From positions 692-64,691 of the forward strand of contig QCFS01000004.1 of assembly GCA_003278365.1 (NCBI GenBank): a DNA stretch of 64,000 nucleotides. The letters are read 5' to 3'. This document shows positions 63,699-64,000 of the stretch, in pieces; the first letter of the stretch is position 1, and each line of letters opens with the position of its first letter. Under the pieces are notes generated by a model. The model was not told the origin of the DNA. It was given only the letters and a program-made list of their open reading frames with translations, and did not search any database. The position numbers and the translations under genes are program-made. The stretch is from Prochlorococcus sp. AG-363-M17. Lineage in GTDB: Bacteria; Cyanobacteriota; Cyanobacteriia; PCC-6307; Cyanobiaceae.

Positions 63699-64000
63699 GT
63701 GGATCTAACTGAATTCAAACGTGACCTATCTCTGCTGACCGATCGCCTGGGCAAAGCTCAGGACTGTCTTTGACGTTGCTGCTTTACAAGCTCAGAAACA
63801 AGACCTAGAGCAAATTGCTGCACAACCTGATTTCTGGGAAGACCAAAGAAATGCACAAAGCCAAATGCGGAAGCTAGATGATATCAAGGAACAAATTGAG
63901 ATGCTTCTCAAATGGGAAGACCTAGTTAAAGATGCACAAGCAACTCTTGAGCTATATGACCTAGACCCTGATCAAGAACTATTAGAGGAAGCTCAAGAAG
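63699..64000 (+). CDS. prfB: Peptide chain release factor 2, 5' part, with programmed +1 frameshift; runs off the window end
   Basis: GTG start gives MDLTEFKRDLSLLTDRLGKAQDCL up to CTT-TGA-C; the +1 frame continues DVAALQAQKQDLEQIAAQPDFWEDQ. Confidence 0.95.
63760..63774 (+). other. RF2 +1 ribosomal frameshift cassette
   Basis: SD-like AGGA (63760-63763) followed by CTT TGA C (63768-63774) at codon 24. Confidence 0.92.

Overview
This is chromosomal DNA from a marine picocyanobacterium, most likely a low-light Prochlorococcus. That assignment rests on the AT-rich, tightly packed sequence and the rpaA-holB-tmk-ctaA-ycf3-radA-rpaB-plsX-fabH-fabD gene order; the lineage cannot be fixed from this window. 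From about 10.8 kb to the end it is core genome: tRNA-Asn, response regulators, lipid and carotenoid synthesis, NDH-1 subunits, gltA, trpB, cysC, purE, chlM, phylloquinone (men) genes, gshB, glutaredoxin and the 5' end of prfB with its +1 frameshift. The first 10.7 kb is the interesting part. A Som-type outer-membrane porin (5' part only) is transcribed divergently from a six-gene locus encoding a GT2-GtrA fusion (polyprenyl-phosphate sugar synthase plus flippase), two ArnT/PMT-like membrane transferases and three DUF2079-like paralogues. Together these look like a self-contained, lipid-carrier-dependent envelope glycosylation system whose sugar and acceptor are unknown. The porin leader has a Yfr1-complementary sequence, and the shared intergenic region has an NtcA-type box. 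I noticed no mobile elements or CRISPR arrays. All product calls come from motif recognition, not database searches.
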